From a virus, in IMG/VR virus record IMGVR_UViG_3300002062_000002: 56,730 nucleotides of DNA. The stretch is one strand, 5' to 3'. The position numbers were made by a program, and so were the translations under genes. Positions 1 through 10,614 of this stretch are shown here, piece by piece; the first letter of the stretch is position 1, and each line of letters starts with the position of its first letter. The notes below the pieces were generated by a model that did no database searches, had not been told where the DNA came from, and saw only the letters and a program-made list of their open reading frames with translations.

Positions 1-1
1 C

Positions 2-1060
2 GTAATAATTTATTAACTTTTCTAACCCTTCGATCGTACTCCATCTATCTAATGTTTCAACTTCTACGTTAACGGATACTGTTCTTTTTGTCTTTTTATT
101 GACCAGTGGAACGGTACTGGTACCCTGAAACAATTTAGCTAGGTGGCCATTTAATAGCCACGAACTTACTAGGGGCAACGCCCCCTTTGCAGTCTGGTAA
201 AGGCCAAGTGCCGTATCCGATGCCTCCAAGGCCCGTGGAGAATCTAAATCATCTGTACCCACATCCATTGAACTAATAACGTTACGTGTGCCGTTAAAGA
301 TCTTACGCGACCCCCATTTGGCCTGTATGAATCCCTTTTTTCCCGTCAGTAAACTTTCAATGTGTTCGTATATTTCATTGATGGCAATTTGTAAAGCAAA
401 ACGAGAACGATCATAGGCGGAATCGTTTGTATTGCCTGGAGTGACATAAATAGCGTTTGATATGGCCAGTATCTTTCTATACATATCGTTGATTTCATCT
501 TCTTGAGGATAGCCATCGTCCGATATTTGCACATCCCGTAATCCCGCGGGTAACACCAGCCATTTTGTGGTGGTGGGATTTTCGATATATTTCTTTACTA
601 GATTTATACGCAACGTACGCTGTGAGGATTTTGTTTCAACAAATTTTATTTCAGGTAGATGTGTCATAAAGAACGCGTACCCGGTTTCCCCCTCCAATTC
701 GTCGGAGGATGTAAAATCTTTTTGTTTACCGTCCCATTTAGCGTACTTTCTCCCAGATAAGATATCGCCATATAGTGCTTTAAGTCTATAGATGTGTTTA
801 AATAATACGGGGTGTAACACCGGCACCTTCAAATCTATAAAGCTAAAACGCTGAGAACGTTCTTTTGTACCCACGGTACCAAAAATAGAAACGGAGTATA
901 GGCCGTCTTCATTAAAGTTTGATGTCCCTCCATCGTATATATCTGCTACTTTAATAGGTTTTAACGATGCTGTGTTTTGAGGGGTTAATTGTAGTAACTC
1001 TACATTGAATGGTGCTTTGGTTAACTTGGGTATAGTACTACCGGGTTTAGCTGTAGTCAT
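2..1060 (-). CDS. Virion RNA polymerase beta' subunit, N-terminal part (phiKZ gp180-like); runs off the window start
   Basis: Not in the ORF track. Manual translation from ATG 1060 gives MTTAKPGSTIPKLTKAPFNVELL...NEDGLYSVSIFG...LVLPAGLRD...KKGFIQAKWGSRKIFNGTRNVISS, matching RpoC motifs GLFCERIFG, VLPPDLRP and [20 protein letters not shown]. Divergent from the gp181-like gene. Confidence 0.9.
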   Translation of the reverse strand, partial: MTTAKPGSTIPKLTKAPFNVELLQLTPQNTASLKPIKVADIYDGGTSNFNEDGLYSVSIFGTVGTKERSQRFSFIDLKVPVLHPVLFKHIYRLKALYGDILSGRKYAKWDGKQKDFTSSDELEGETGYAFFMTHLPEIKFVETKSSQRTLRINLVKKYIENPTTTKWLVLPAGLRDVQISDDGYPQEDEINDMYRKILAISNAIYVTPGNTNDSAYDRSRFALQIAINEIYEHIESLLTGKKGFIQAKWGSRKIFNGTRNVISSMDVGTDDLDSPRALEASDTALGLYQTAKGALPLVSSWLLNGHLAKLFQGTSTVPLVNKKTKRTVSVNVEVETLDRWSTIEGLEKLINYY

Positions 1061-1156
1061 AATGCTGTTCCTATGAATTCTCATCGTCTTATATATAAAG
1101 ACGTATAATGTTTTTTTTTCGCAGCAGGGGCGTTAAGCTCGTTAGAATCACCTGCC

Positions 1157-4100
1157 ATGCGAACAAAGATACTGAACAAAGGATTGCCCGAAGGTTACTC
1201 AGAAGCGGCCGATTTGGTAACCGGTATTACATCAGAAGTATCGGATCTATACGATAAAGCCGAGAAACGACTGGAACCCGCAGTCAAATCCATGAAAATG
1301 GCAACCAAGTCTATCATACCTAAAGCAGAAGGTATCTTACCAAAAACGGTTTACGATAAGGTTAATACATGGGCCAACTCCGATTCATCCTCTGGTAGTG
1401 TTTCTGTAGATGCCGACGAAGAAACAATCAGTGCTGCAATTGGTAATATTTTTACAGTGCAAGCGGAGCAGGCTGAGCAGGGTAGACAGGAAGAGTCTGT
1501 AAAGGTAGCATTTAAAAATGAAGTTGATACCATACGCCATGCTGAGCGCGGCGATCAACTAATGGCCATTCAGCAATCAATGGCTAGGTTGGTAGGGTAC
1601 CAAGACAACATTACGGCAGAGTACCAAAAGAAATCACTAGACCTTCAGTTTAGGCACTATTTTGCGGCTCGAGATTTACTTAAGATTTCTGCCGCATCAA
1701 ATGCAGATATCATTACCGCACTTAATGATATTAAGACCAATACCGGGTTACCCGATTGGGTCAAGACCGAACAAACCGAAAACTTCTCAGCCATGTTAAA
1801 TGAGCGTTTAATGGGAGGAACGGTAGATACGGTAGCCGGGTATATGTCTAACTTTAGATCTAACCTGATATCAAATATCAAAGATAATGCTATGGATAAA
1901 ATTGGTGGTGTTGCGGACGGCATTAATGATGCAATGGACATGGTTAGTACCGTATCAGAATTGTCGTCGGATGAGGACATGGGGGCCAACCCAATTGAAA
2001 TGGGCGGTGACATTGCAGGGGGTATCGGTACCAATAAATTTATGGATTGGCTATTACCCAAAATAAAAGAGGGCGATAACATGCCCACTGCACTGGTTAC
2101 TGCCGGGCTACGTGCCAGGAATGCAACCCGTGGATTTGATAGTTATCTAAAAGAGAATATAGATAACGCTGATAACCTAACCGGGCCAAGTGGGGCACTA
2201 TTTAGATTCCTAGCTGAAAACGCCCCTACAATGAAAACAAATGAGACGGTACTTAATAACTTAGTTACCGATGCAACCAAACAAGTCCAGTGGGATGTTT
2301 TATCTCGACGTACATTAATTGAGGTTATCCCTGAGTACTTAGCTAGAATCACTCAGAATACCGAAACCCTTGCCACCGGTTCACCCGCAGAGAAAATGGT
2401 ATTTAGTGCACGGTCCGAGCAATTCATTACTGAAACTCAGGCAAATAAAGAAACAACGAACGCATTATTAAAACGGGCTAATGTACAGGGTTACAAAGAT
2501 ACATCCAATTCTGCTCTCGATCAGTTGTTTGATGGCGCGGACGTTAGTGCCGAAGCTAGAAAAGCCATGGCCGAACAAATGTATTCCGATATACGTAAAG
2601 GATACCAATTTAACCCAAAACGTTACTTTACAATGGATGGCTTTGAATCGTATTTGGAACCCGCGGTCATACAAGAACTCATTGGCTTCTTTAGAGATCG
2701 TTTTAAGGCAGTGGACGTGGGCGATGGAGTAGAGGAGGAATGGGTTAGTACGGGTAAAGACGGGGTGCTTAATCTAACCGAATCGTTGCGAGTTAAAACT
2801 AAACGCCTACAAAGTGATTTACCCGATATACAAACGACGCTAAGGGAATCGTTAAGTGTTGGTGACAAGGAACGATTACGTGCAGCGGGGTGGATAGAGA
2901 AGAATGGTAATGTAGATCAATTTAACGATGGGCTACTGCGCGAGATGTTAACGGGGGAATTGGATATCAATGAACCCGATATTGCCGAAATGTCACCGGT
3001 TCAGTCATCTGCATCCAATCGTTTATCTGCGATGATGTCCAATGGAGACGATACGTCATCTACTTCAGACGAGTACTATCCTCATGTCGATATGGCCTCG
3101 TCAGTTATTCCCATGGTCATTCCGGGGACGGTGCCGAATGAACGTGAATACGCCCACGTTGAAGCCCCTAAGACTAACGCGGTTCGCGATGACCACAATG
3201 ATCATTTACAGGAGTTAATCAATCTACAAACGGAAAGTAACACACATGCCGTAGCCAAAATGGGAACGCTAAATGAGATAAAGGAACTTATCGAAGCCCA
3301 GGCAGTGATGATGTCAGGCGACCCCAATAACCAGGTAGCTAAGGAAGTACTTGAACAGTTAATTGGTATTCGTGATAGGGGAATGTCGGGGGCACCGAGT
3401 CAGGTATCTTCTCTTAAATCGGGATTCCTAAATCTAGGTAAATCTATATTTAGTGGCATTTCGGGGGGTATTTCGGGCATTGGTGCGATTGGGTCAAGTA
3501 TTATATCTAAGGCAACCAGTCTTGTTGGATCGGGTATAGATGCCGTTACAAACAAAAAAGAGCAATTGGATGTATTCTTAGCGGGCATGCGTACTCCGGT
3601 ATTAAAAGCGGAACTCATGAAAACGGGACGATATATAGACGAGGCAACTGGCAACGTCATTGCTAAACTATCGGACATAACCGGACCCGTAAAGGATATT
3701 TCAACTAACACGTATGTTATCACTGCCCAGGATTTTGCAGACGGTCTATATGAGGAAAATGGCGAGTCTCTATTATCTAAGTTGGGTAGTGGAGCACAAT
3801 CACTATTACTGGGAGGTGTGGGCGCGGTTAGTGCGTATTATGGTGGACTAGGTAAATTGGCAAATACTACCTTTACATTCTTACGTGACAAATTGGTAAC
3901 CGCCGCTACCGACATTACAGATATCTATGTAAAAGGGAGATTTGACGAGGGGGCCATATTACTCAAAAGTAAGTTACTTGCCGGTAAGTATTTCGATGCG
4001 GCGGGGAATGTCATTACCGACTTAAAAGATATCGCCGGTGGCGTGTTTGATGAGGACGGCAATACAGTACTATCCACAGAAGACATTGATGCTGGGCTAG

Positions 4101-7100
4101 TTAACGTAAAAGGTGAGGGGATAACTTTAAGTGGTATTATTTCTAAGGGTGGATCGTTATTGTCCAATGCCACTTCACTTGCCGTAGCCGGTGGTAAGAA
4201 AGGCTGGGACTTGCTGAAGGGATACTACGCGGGCATTGGTAACATTGCCGGTGGCATTCTAGGCCGTCTTCGTGGTGTGGCTGCGGAAGGGGATAATGGA
4301 CCGTTAGATATAGACTCCATTGACATCACTACCAACTCCGTGTATATCAATGCGGCCACCGTCAATTCAACTAAATCCGTAAACGACACAGTTGTAAGTG
4401 GCACCGGGACAACTAAAGATACAGTACGGAAAATGGGAGAGAATATTGTATCCCAGGTAGAAAATGTACGTGATCGAGTTGCATCTTCTGGCCTGAGAGA
4501 TGTTATAGATGTCGCCATACAGGACGGGGTTGATAAGGCAAGTGACCTAGGTCAAGCAGTCAAAAAAGCGGTAGATAGCACTGAATTTAAGGAAAGTCTA
4601 CAGGACGGAATTAACGTGGCTACAGATTCGGTATCCAATGCAGCTACTAATGCAATAGATAGATTAACTGAAGCGTCCGGGCGGGGAATGGATGCTGTGC
4701 AAACCACCCTCAAAGACAGTGCGACGTTAACCAATTTAAGTGCCGCTACTCAGAATGTAGGAAATACCTTATCGGATGACTTAACTTCGGCGACCGAAAA
4801 AGCCAGAGGTATTTATGACACCGTTATTGGCGAAGATGCCTCGGTGGTGGACTCGGTGGATGGTAATACGGTAGTTGAAACGCCAACGGGCGACGTGGGT
4901 GTGGGCGACGGTAGCATCAAAGGATATCTTGCTTCTTTGGTGGCGTTAACCAAAGCCGGTATTTCGGGTGACCAGCTACGTGTAGGTGGGTGGCGAGAGC
5001 GTCTATTTGGCGGTAGTGATAATGATGACTCAGATGCTCCACGTCAAGGTATTGGTGCGCGTATAAAATCCAAAGCCGGGGGCTTACTAGGGGCAATTGG
5101 ACTAGGGGCCGCTGCGAGTGCAGGTAGTGACGATGACGGGGATGGGGGGTTTGGTGTAGGTGATGCACTATTAACCGGTGCCACCTCTGGGGTTGCCGAA
5201 TCCGTGTTAGATAGAGTGGGTGGAAACAACGACTCATCCGGAGATACTAATCGGTCCACTAACGCCAGGGGGCGATCCCGGGGCGTATTTCGCCGCATCT
5301 TAGATGGGGCAAACGAAATTCGACGAGGGGGCATTCGGGGCAATATAGGTAAGCTTATTGCTGCTGGGTCGAGTGTGGCATCTAAAGGTATTGGGGGTAA
5401 CCTAAAATCGCTTAGTAAAGGTATAAATGCCGTGGGTCGTGGGGTAAAATCGGTAGGTCGAAGTATCAGTGGCAAAGCCTTGACATCTAGTGGCATCAAG
5501 AAATTATTGCTATGGGGACTGGGTGGTGCGGCGGCGGTAACCGGTGGAGTGTTGGCTGCTCCTGCTATAGGTGTCGCACTGGCAGCGGCCGGGGCGGCTT
5601 ATACGGCGTATGAGACGTATGGTTTCTTTAAAGATAGATGGGGGGCTGAACCTATTGAAGCGTACCGTTTTGCACAGTATGGTTTAAATCCCAATGACCT
5701 ATCGCATCGAAACCTACTACGTAAAATGGAATCTGTCGTTATTGATAAGGTAGTTTATCGCAGTGGTGATGGAAACAATGTATTGTCGGGGGTATCTATA
5801 GATGACCTATCGGATTTCATGGAGGTAGTTGGTATTGATTATGAGGCGGATGTAGACGAGGACCCTGAGAACGCTCAACGTATTGTATCGTTTATTGATT
5901 GGTATCGAAATAGATTTGTTCCTGTGTTTTTATTACACCATGGAATTGCAAACTTAATTAACAACAAAGTTGATCTATTGGATATTGACGATGAACTAGA
6001 CGATGATTTAAAATATCGTTTTGTGAAAGATGCGTATTATCCAGATGACGATAGCGGTAAAACTCCATACTCCGTTACGGCTTCTCCGGTAGAAGAGTAC
6101 GAGGTACCCGGAGGATACGCCGAGGTTGATGCCATACGTGATCGGCTAATGGATAAGTATGAGGATGATTCGGTAGAGGAGAAAGATAAGGAGGAGGCTT
6201 TGGGGGCAAGTGCCGTAGCGCCCGTTACTGTAGGTGGAGTGGCCGGTAGACGGAAACGTCGATCTAAGGTAAATCCCACCCCCATTAATACAGAGACCAC
6301 CCCTTCCCCTATTCCGGTGACCAACAAGAGAAAAAGTCGCGTGGCTAAGTATCGCACTAAAAACATGATGCCTGTAGCCATAGCGGCGACTGCACTATCA
6401 ACCAGTGTGGCTGCAGCTACATTACCTACTGAACCCACAATAACTGAACCCACTCCCCCTAGCGCGGATGTTGTAACATCAAGTTTACCCACTATAGCGA
6501 AGTCGTTAAAGGGTGCGATTGTTAAATCCGGTGTACCGGATTCAGAATTTATTGTTCCGGTAGACGGGGATGTACTCACCACCTTTAATAAAAAGGGCGG
6601 AGTGACGTTTAGTGCGGACGCTAAAGCGGAGGTAGTTGCAAGTTCCGATGGGGTGGTAATTGGCACCAAGACAGATTCAAGTAAAGGTAAATTACTTTAC
6701 GTTAAGAATGACAACGGCACTACGTCAATCTATAGCTATCTGTCAAAATACGCCGGGGGCATTACGTACGGCACTCGGGTATTGCAGGGGTCTCGGTTAG
6801 GGGAGGTGGATAAGGTAGGGGATGCTACACGTCCACAATTAGGTATGGAGATACGCACCGACAGCTACAAGGCATCGACTGCAATAGATCCGTTATCGGT
6901 ATTGGATAGTAGTAGAGGCATGCAGGTAGTTAAGCGTGCCCAAATTACCATGCGTGCTGTAGATACGCCCAGTATACCACAGGAACCAAAAGTTACTACG
7001 GATGAAAGGTTAGCAACCGCGATACAACGCAATGCGCCACTTGTAGATGCACCAAAAGTGCAGCCTACTATTTTCGATAACGTACCGGATGTTGAAACAC

Positions 7101-7504
7101 CGCGTAGCATACTGCCGCCCCCACCCGTGGAAAAGGTAAAACTTGAAGGTCCCGATCCTATTATAGTTGAAACACTTAAACAAAATAGGGCAGAGATACA
7201 ACAAGCAAGTTACCTAGCTACCAGTGTTAGCGATAGTGAAATGACAAATAAAATATTATATGAGTCATTAGAAGTGCAATTGCGTATGGAAATGCACCTT
7301 GCTAAAATTTCCATGAATACAGAAGAAACAAAAGAAGCCACCCATTACCTAGCCAAGGGAGCAATGGAAGAAGACGTTTACATACCAAAACGTCGAAAAC
7401 CTAAGCCTGCACAGGTAACCGGTGGTGATTTAGCAAAAGCGTTTTCGGGAAAAGAAGGAAAGGTTAAAACCCCCCCTCCAATGACCGTTAAGCGTAATAC
7501 CTAA
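1157..7504 (+). CDS. Large tail protein, tape-measure/virion lysin type (phiKZ gp181-like), with a C-terminal degenerate M23 domain
   Basis: 2115 aa; DLQFRHYFAARD and RRTLIEVIPEYLARI blocks; two D(V/I)(F/Y)xxG...G(R/K)YxD...GNVI repeats; Gly/Ala-rich hydrophobic stretch; YRFAQYGL; M23-like fold near the C-terminus; lies next to the gp180-like gene. Confidence 0.8.
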   Translation: MRTKILNKGLPEGYSEAADLVTGITSEVSDLYDKAEKRLEPAVKSMKMATKSIIPKAEGILPKTVYDKVNTWANSDSSSGSVSVDADEETISAAIGNIFTVQAEQAEQGRQEESVKVAFKNEVDTIRHAERGDQLMAIQQSMARLVGYQDNITAEYQKKSLDLQFRHYFAARDLLKISAASNADIITALNDIKTNTGLPDWVKTEQTENFSAMLNERLMGGTVDTVAGYMSNFRSNLISNIKDNAMDKIGGVADGINDAMDMVSTVSELSSDEDMGANPIEMGGDIAGGIGTNKFMDWLLPKIKEGDNMPTALVTAGLRARNATRGFDSYLKENIDNADNLTGPSGALFRFLAENAPTMKTNETVLNNLVTDATKQVQWDVLSRRTLIEVIPEYLARITQNTETLATGSPAEKMVFSARSEQFITETQANKETTNALLKRANVQGYKDTSNSALDQLFDGADVSAEARKAMAEQMYSDIRKGYQFNPKRYFTMDGFESYLEPAVIQELIGFFRDRFKAVDVGDGVEEEWVSTGKDGVLNLTESLRVKTKRLQSDLPDIQTTLRESLSVGDKERLRAAGWIEKNGNVDQFNDGLLREMLTGELDINEPDIAEMSPVQSSASNRLSAMMSNGDDTSSTSDEYYPHVDMASSVIPMVIPGTVPNEREYAHVEAPKTNAVRDDHNDHLQELINLQTESNTHAVAKMGTLNEIKELIEAQAVMMSGDPNNQVAKEVLEQLIGIRDRGMSGAPSQVSSLKSGFLNLGKSIFSGISGGISGIGAIGSSIISKATSLVGSGIDAVTNKKEQLDVFLAGMRTPVLKAELMKTGRYIDEATGNVIAKLSDITGPVKDISTNTYVITAQDFADGLYEENGESLLSKLGSGAQSLLLGGVGAVSAYYGGLGKLANTTFTFLRDKLVTAATDITDIYVKGRFDEGAILLKSKLLAGKYFDAAGNVITDLKDIAGGVFDEDGNTVLSTEDIDAGLVNVKGEGITLSGIISKGGSLLSNATSLAVAGGKKGWDLLKGYYAGIGNIAGGILGRLRGVAAEGDNGPLDIDSIDITTNSVYINAATVNSTKSVNDTVVSGTGTTKDTVRKMGENIVSQVENVRDRVASSGLRDVIDVAIQDGVDKASDLGQAVKKAVDSTEFKESLQDGINVATDSVSNAATNAIDRLTEASGRGMDAVQTTLKDSATLTNLSAATQNVGNTLSDDLTSATEKARGIYDTVIGEDASVVDSVDGNTVVETPTGDVGVGDGSIKGYLASLVALTKAGISGDQLRVGGWRERLFGGSDNDDSDAPRQGIGARIKSKAGGLLGAIGLGAAASAGSDDDGDGGFGVGDALLTGATSGVAESVLDRVGGNNDSSGDTNRSTNARGRSRGVFRRILDGANEIRRGGIRGNIGKLIAAGSSVASKGIGGNLKSLSKGINAVGRGVKSVGRSISGKALTSSGIKKLLLWGLGGAAAVTGGVLAAPAIGVALAAAGAAYTAYETYGFFKDRWGAEPIEAYRFAQYGLNPNDLSHRNLLRKMESVVIDKVVYRSGDGNNVLSGVSIDDLSDFMEVVGIDYEADVDEDPENAQRIVSFIDWYRNRFVPVFLLHHGIANLINNKVDLLDIDDELDDDLKYRFVKDAYYPDDDSGKTPYSVTASPVEEYEVPGGYAEVDAIRDRLMDKYEDDSVEEKDKEEALGASAVAPVTVGGVAGRRKRRSKVNPTPINTETTPSPIPVTNKRKSRVAKYRTKNMMPVAIAATALSTSVAAATLPTEPTITEPTPPSADVVTSSLPTIAKSLKGAIVKSGVPDSEFIVPVDGDVLTTFNKKGGVTFSADAKAEVVASSDGVVIGTKTDSSKGKLLYVKNDNGTTSIYSYLSKYAGGITYGTRVLQGSRLGEVDKVGDATRPQLGMEIRTDSYKASTAIDPLSVLDSSRGMQVVKRAQITMRAVDTPSIPQEPKVTTDERLATAIQRNAPLVDAPKVQPTIFDNVPDVETPRSILPPPPVEKVKLEGPDPIIVETLKQNRAEIQQASYLATSVSDSEMTNKILYESLEVQLRMEMHLAKISMNTEETKEATHYLAKGAMEEDVYIPKRRKPKPAQVTGGDLAKAFSGKEGKVKTPPPMTVKRNT

Positions 7505-7505
7505 C

Positions 7506-7530
7506 GTGGGGGGTTACCCCCACTTTATTA
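7506..7530 (+). terminator. Hairpin terminator
   Basis: GTGGGG-ggtta-CCCCAC stem followed by TTTATT immediately after the stop codon. Confidence 0.6.
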
Positions 7531-7551
7531 ACTAAGAGTGAGTATACCCCC

Positions 7552-9510
7552 ATGGCGTTAGCTTCTGATTTTAATGATAGTAAGTGGCTTAGGCAAGCTT
7601 TTATGGTGGGGGATCGCCCCACTGCCATCTACAGACGGGATAACGTGCATCGAAATTACAATGCCGCGTTAAATAAATTTACAGACACTACACCGGGCGG
7701 TAACTTTAGCATCAACATGCCGCCTCAACCTACTCGTTATGCGGATGTAAAAAACCATACATTAAAGGAACATCTTAATCGTACGGATATTACGATTAAT
7801 AATAAATTACATGACAGTAAGGGCTTAGGGTGCTTTTACAGTGAAGCTTATGACGATAACTCGGTTAGAGCACATTTGTCCTTTGGAGTACCTGAATTTA
7901 ATTCCATGTCGCGTTTTTTCTCGTCGTTTTATGACCCAGAGATGGGGGCAATGGCACGTACGGGTGAGACCGCGGGGTTTGCTTATAATGTCGGTAAAGC
8001 AGTTGGGTTTTTGGTGAGCGTGCCACTTATTCCATTTGTAATTGCAGGGCAAGCGATTCGCTTTTTGCAAGGCATCCCATCCAATAAATACTATTACGTT
8101 AAACCTACCATGGGGCCATATTGGAATGCGGTTAACGTAATGGCAAATAAAATTGCAGTGAACATCGGGCTACGTGAAGGTGCATTTGCAGAAAACAGTT
8201 CCAGTGAAACATTAACGACCGAACAAGGCACTGACAAGCGCGTGTACGCCGATTACAGTGGCGATAATGCCAATGCATGGACCACGTTACAAAACAGCCT
8301 ACCGGACCTATACAGGCGACCTGGAGGGATTGATGTGTATGCCATGGCCACCCGGGCACAGCGACTAAACGATTCTTTTCTACGGGCTCAAATCAATGCC
8401 ATTGAGGAGTCCAATAGTCAGGCGGAGATAGAAAATAAAATATCATCTATTATGGCGGGGTCTTTTCCTAAATCCGACGGGGGCGGTCAAAACATACAAG
8501 CCTATAATGAAAGTTATAGAAAAAGTATATTGGGCATAAAGCGAGAACAGGCCACCATTGAAGCGGCTACCAAAGCAGGTAGGTCCACTTTAAAGATGGA
8601 AGAAGATGGATTCATGGACTATCTCAATGCTGAACTGCGAGATGGGGCCAAGTGGATATCGTTTCGACTGGATGAGGCAGGGAGCATTGGAGAGAGCTTT
8701 ACAAACTCTACAAAGGCACCATCTATAGTTGAGACAATTAATGGCATCTCTAATACGGCTAAGTCACTTAGAGAGAATACCATGGATTTTAATTTGGGAT
8801 TTGGGATTATCGGGGATACGTTAAACCTATTTAAGGATGCGGTAACTAATCTTACACAGGGTACATTGGATGGGGTTGGTCTATCTGGACTGGCGGTACT
8901 TGGAGGGGGGGCGTTTGCAGATATACAAAATGTATGGGAGGACTCACAGGCTACCCTGCCCACCGAAAGCTTTACTATACAGCTACGTACGCCCTATGGT
9001 AATAAATTGAGTATCTTTCAAAACCTTTATATTCCACTATCCATGATATTAGCCGGGGCCTTGCCGTTATCCACCGGTCCTTCTTCCTACACGGCACCGT
9101 TTATGTGTCAGTGTTTTGTACCGGGTAGAATGCAGACTCGTTGTGGTATGATTACCGATCTTCAAATAACACGAGGCACATCAAATGCAGGGTGGAGCGT
9201 AGACGGCTTACCTTTGGGTATAGACATTACATTTACAGTAACCGATATGTCTTCCATACTACACATGCCCATTGATGAGCGCAGTGGTCTGTTTGATGAC
9301 GATAATGCATTCAATGATTATATGGCGGTACTATCTGCCGTAGGTGTAGCGGAGCAGCAATACCCGGTTGAAAAGTTAAAACGGGCGTGGGCTAATAAGG
9401 TTACCCAATGGGAAAGTATGGCGTCGCCAGCGGCAATGGCACAGTGGACCGCTGGGACGTTACCTGGACGAGTACTAAGTTCGTTCTATCGCAATCGGGC
9501 TGGGCTGTAA
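7552..9510 (+). CDS. Virion structural protein (phiKZ gp182-like)
   Basis: 652 aa; KFTDTTPGGNFSINMPPQPTRYAD and LRTPYGNKLS...GALPLSTG...ITRGTSN blocks; follows the gp181-like gene. Confidence 0.7.
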   Translation: MALASDFNDSKWLRQAFMVGDRPTAIYRRDNVHRNYNAALNKFTDTTPGGNFSINMPPQPTRYADVKNHTLKEHLNRTDITINNKLHDSKGLGCFYSEAYDDNSVRAHLSFGVPEFNSMSRFFSSFYDPEMGAMARTGETAGFAYNVGKAVGFLVSVPLIPFVIAGQAIRFLQGIPSNKYYYVKPTMGPYWNAVNVMANKIAVNIGLREGAFAENSSSETLTTEQGTDKRVYADYSGDNANAWTTLQNSLPDLYRRPGGIDVYAMATRAQRLNDSFLRAQINAIEESNSQAEIENKISSIMAGSFPKSDGGGQNIQAYNESYRKSILGIKREQATIEAATKAGRSTLKMEEDGFMDYLNAELRDGAKWISFRLDEAGSIGESFTNSTKAPSIVETINGISNTAKSLRENTMDFNLGFGIIGDTLNLFKDAVTNLTQGTLDGVGLSGLAVLGGGAFADIQNVWEDSQATLPTESFTIQLRTPYGNKLSIFQNLYIPLSMILAGALPLSTGPSSYTAPFMCQCFVPGRMQTRCGMITDLQITRGTSNAGWSVDGLPLGIDITFTVTDMSSILHMPIDERSGLFDDDNAFNDYMAVLSAVGVAEQQYPVEKLKRAWANKVTQWESMASPAAMAQWTAGTLPGRVLSSFYRNRAGL

Positions 9511-9512
9511 TA

Positions 9513-10544
9513 TTACGGCAGGGCAGACATTTCTACCATAATGGCAGAATTAATAGAGTGGGGTATGTCATAACTGAATACCTCCAATGCCTCGGTCGTG
9601 GCCACGCTGTATGGTTCCATGTTATAGATAGGGATGCCCCCATCGGAATGTATATACCATTGAGGGTTTATCTTATCCAGTACGGCAAGTAAATCGCCAT
9701 ACGCCGTTTCCATCCCAGACCGATATGAGGCACGAAGCCCCCTGGGGTATATTTTAAGTATCTCGTTTATCAGTCCACTATGATAGATTAATAGGTCTTC
9801 TGTGGGCAGGACATCAATAAGTCTCAATGCCCATGCGGCTTCTGTGTCGGTGGTAATGTCAGTCAAACTGGTAGTAAGGAACCCAGGGGTAAAATTAGCC
9901 TTTACACTATCTGCACTTGGAGTCAACGCTACCATGACTTCTGGGGTTATCCAATCTGCATCGGTGGACATGGCCTCTGCTAATGTGGCGTCTTGTATTA
10001 TTTTAATGCCAGTTAATTGTGTTTTTGTTTCAGTGGAAATGGCGGGGTTGGTATCGGCTACTGTAGATACCAATGCATTTTCCAATGCCAATTTGGCCAT
10101 GTTATTTACATCAACACCCAGCAACATATTGTATTTTGCAATAGGTCCATAGTTATTTAATGAAAAGGTGGGGGTTAGCGATTTAAATGTTTTTTCTAAT
10201 CCGGTTAATTTAAGTAATTGATCCGTTAATTCTTCATTGCCCTTTATTGCCTGTAGGTCGCCGTTGTCTTGTAGTGTTGATAGTACGGCCAATGCTTGTA
10301 TTGTGGTGGATTGATTTAAATTGGCAATTAATGTTGTAGGTATAACCCGCTGCAATGCTTCCTCTACTGTGGGTATTGCGATTGGCGTGGGGGTGACACT
10401 ACTGATATTTCTAAGTGTGGTTAATGTTTCATTGATGTTTTCGTCGGTATCCGACTCGCCTAGTGTGGCATCAATAACTTCACCGATAACATCAAAATCA
10501 CCTTTGCCATTTACATACACGGGGGGTGCGATTGTACCGTTCAT
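9513..10544 (-). CDS. Hypothetical protein, possibly virion-associated
   Basis: 343-aa ORF with AAGGA RBS; no diagnostic motif. Confidence 0.6.
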   Translation of the reverse strand: MNGTIAPPVYVNGKGDFDVIGEVIDATLGESDTDENINETLTTLRNISSVTPTPIAIPTVEEALQRVIPTTLIANLNQSTTIQALAVLSTLQDNGDLQAIKGNEELTDQLLKLTGLEKTFKSLTPTFSLNNYGPIAKYNMLLGVDVNNMAKLALENALVSTVADTNPAISTETKTQLTGIKIIQDATLAEAMSTDADWITPEVMVALTPSADSVKANFTPGFLTTSLTDITTDTEAAWALRLIDVLPTEDLLIYHSGLINEILKIYPRGLRASYRSGMETAYGDLLAVLDKINPQWYIHSDGGIPIYNMEPYSVATTEALEVFSYDIPHSINSAIMVEMSALP

Positions 10545-10614
10545 GGAGTATCCTTAAATAAAAAAAAACAAATTGGCTAAATTGAGTATTGTACACGACA
10601 TGCGTTACCTTATA

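Noticed and set aside
346-791. Track ORFs 346-534 and 567-791
   Set aside because: They lie inside the real minus-strand RNAP beta' gene.
2-1060. Intron or intein in the RNAP beta' fragment or other core genes
   Set aside because: Reading frames are continuous and no intein or homing-endonuclease motifs were recognised within them.
1351-7204. Many short ORFs inside the 2115-aa gene
   Set aside because: Antisense or alternate-frame shadows with no RBS or motif support; the same applies to short ORFs nested in other long genes.
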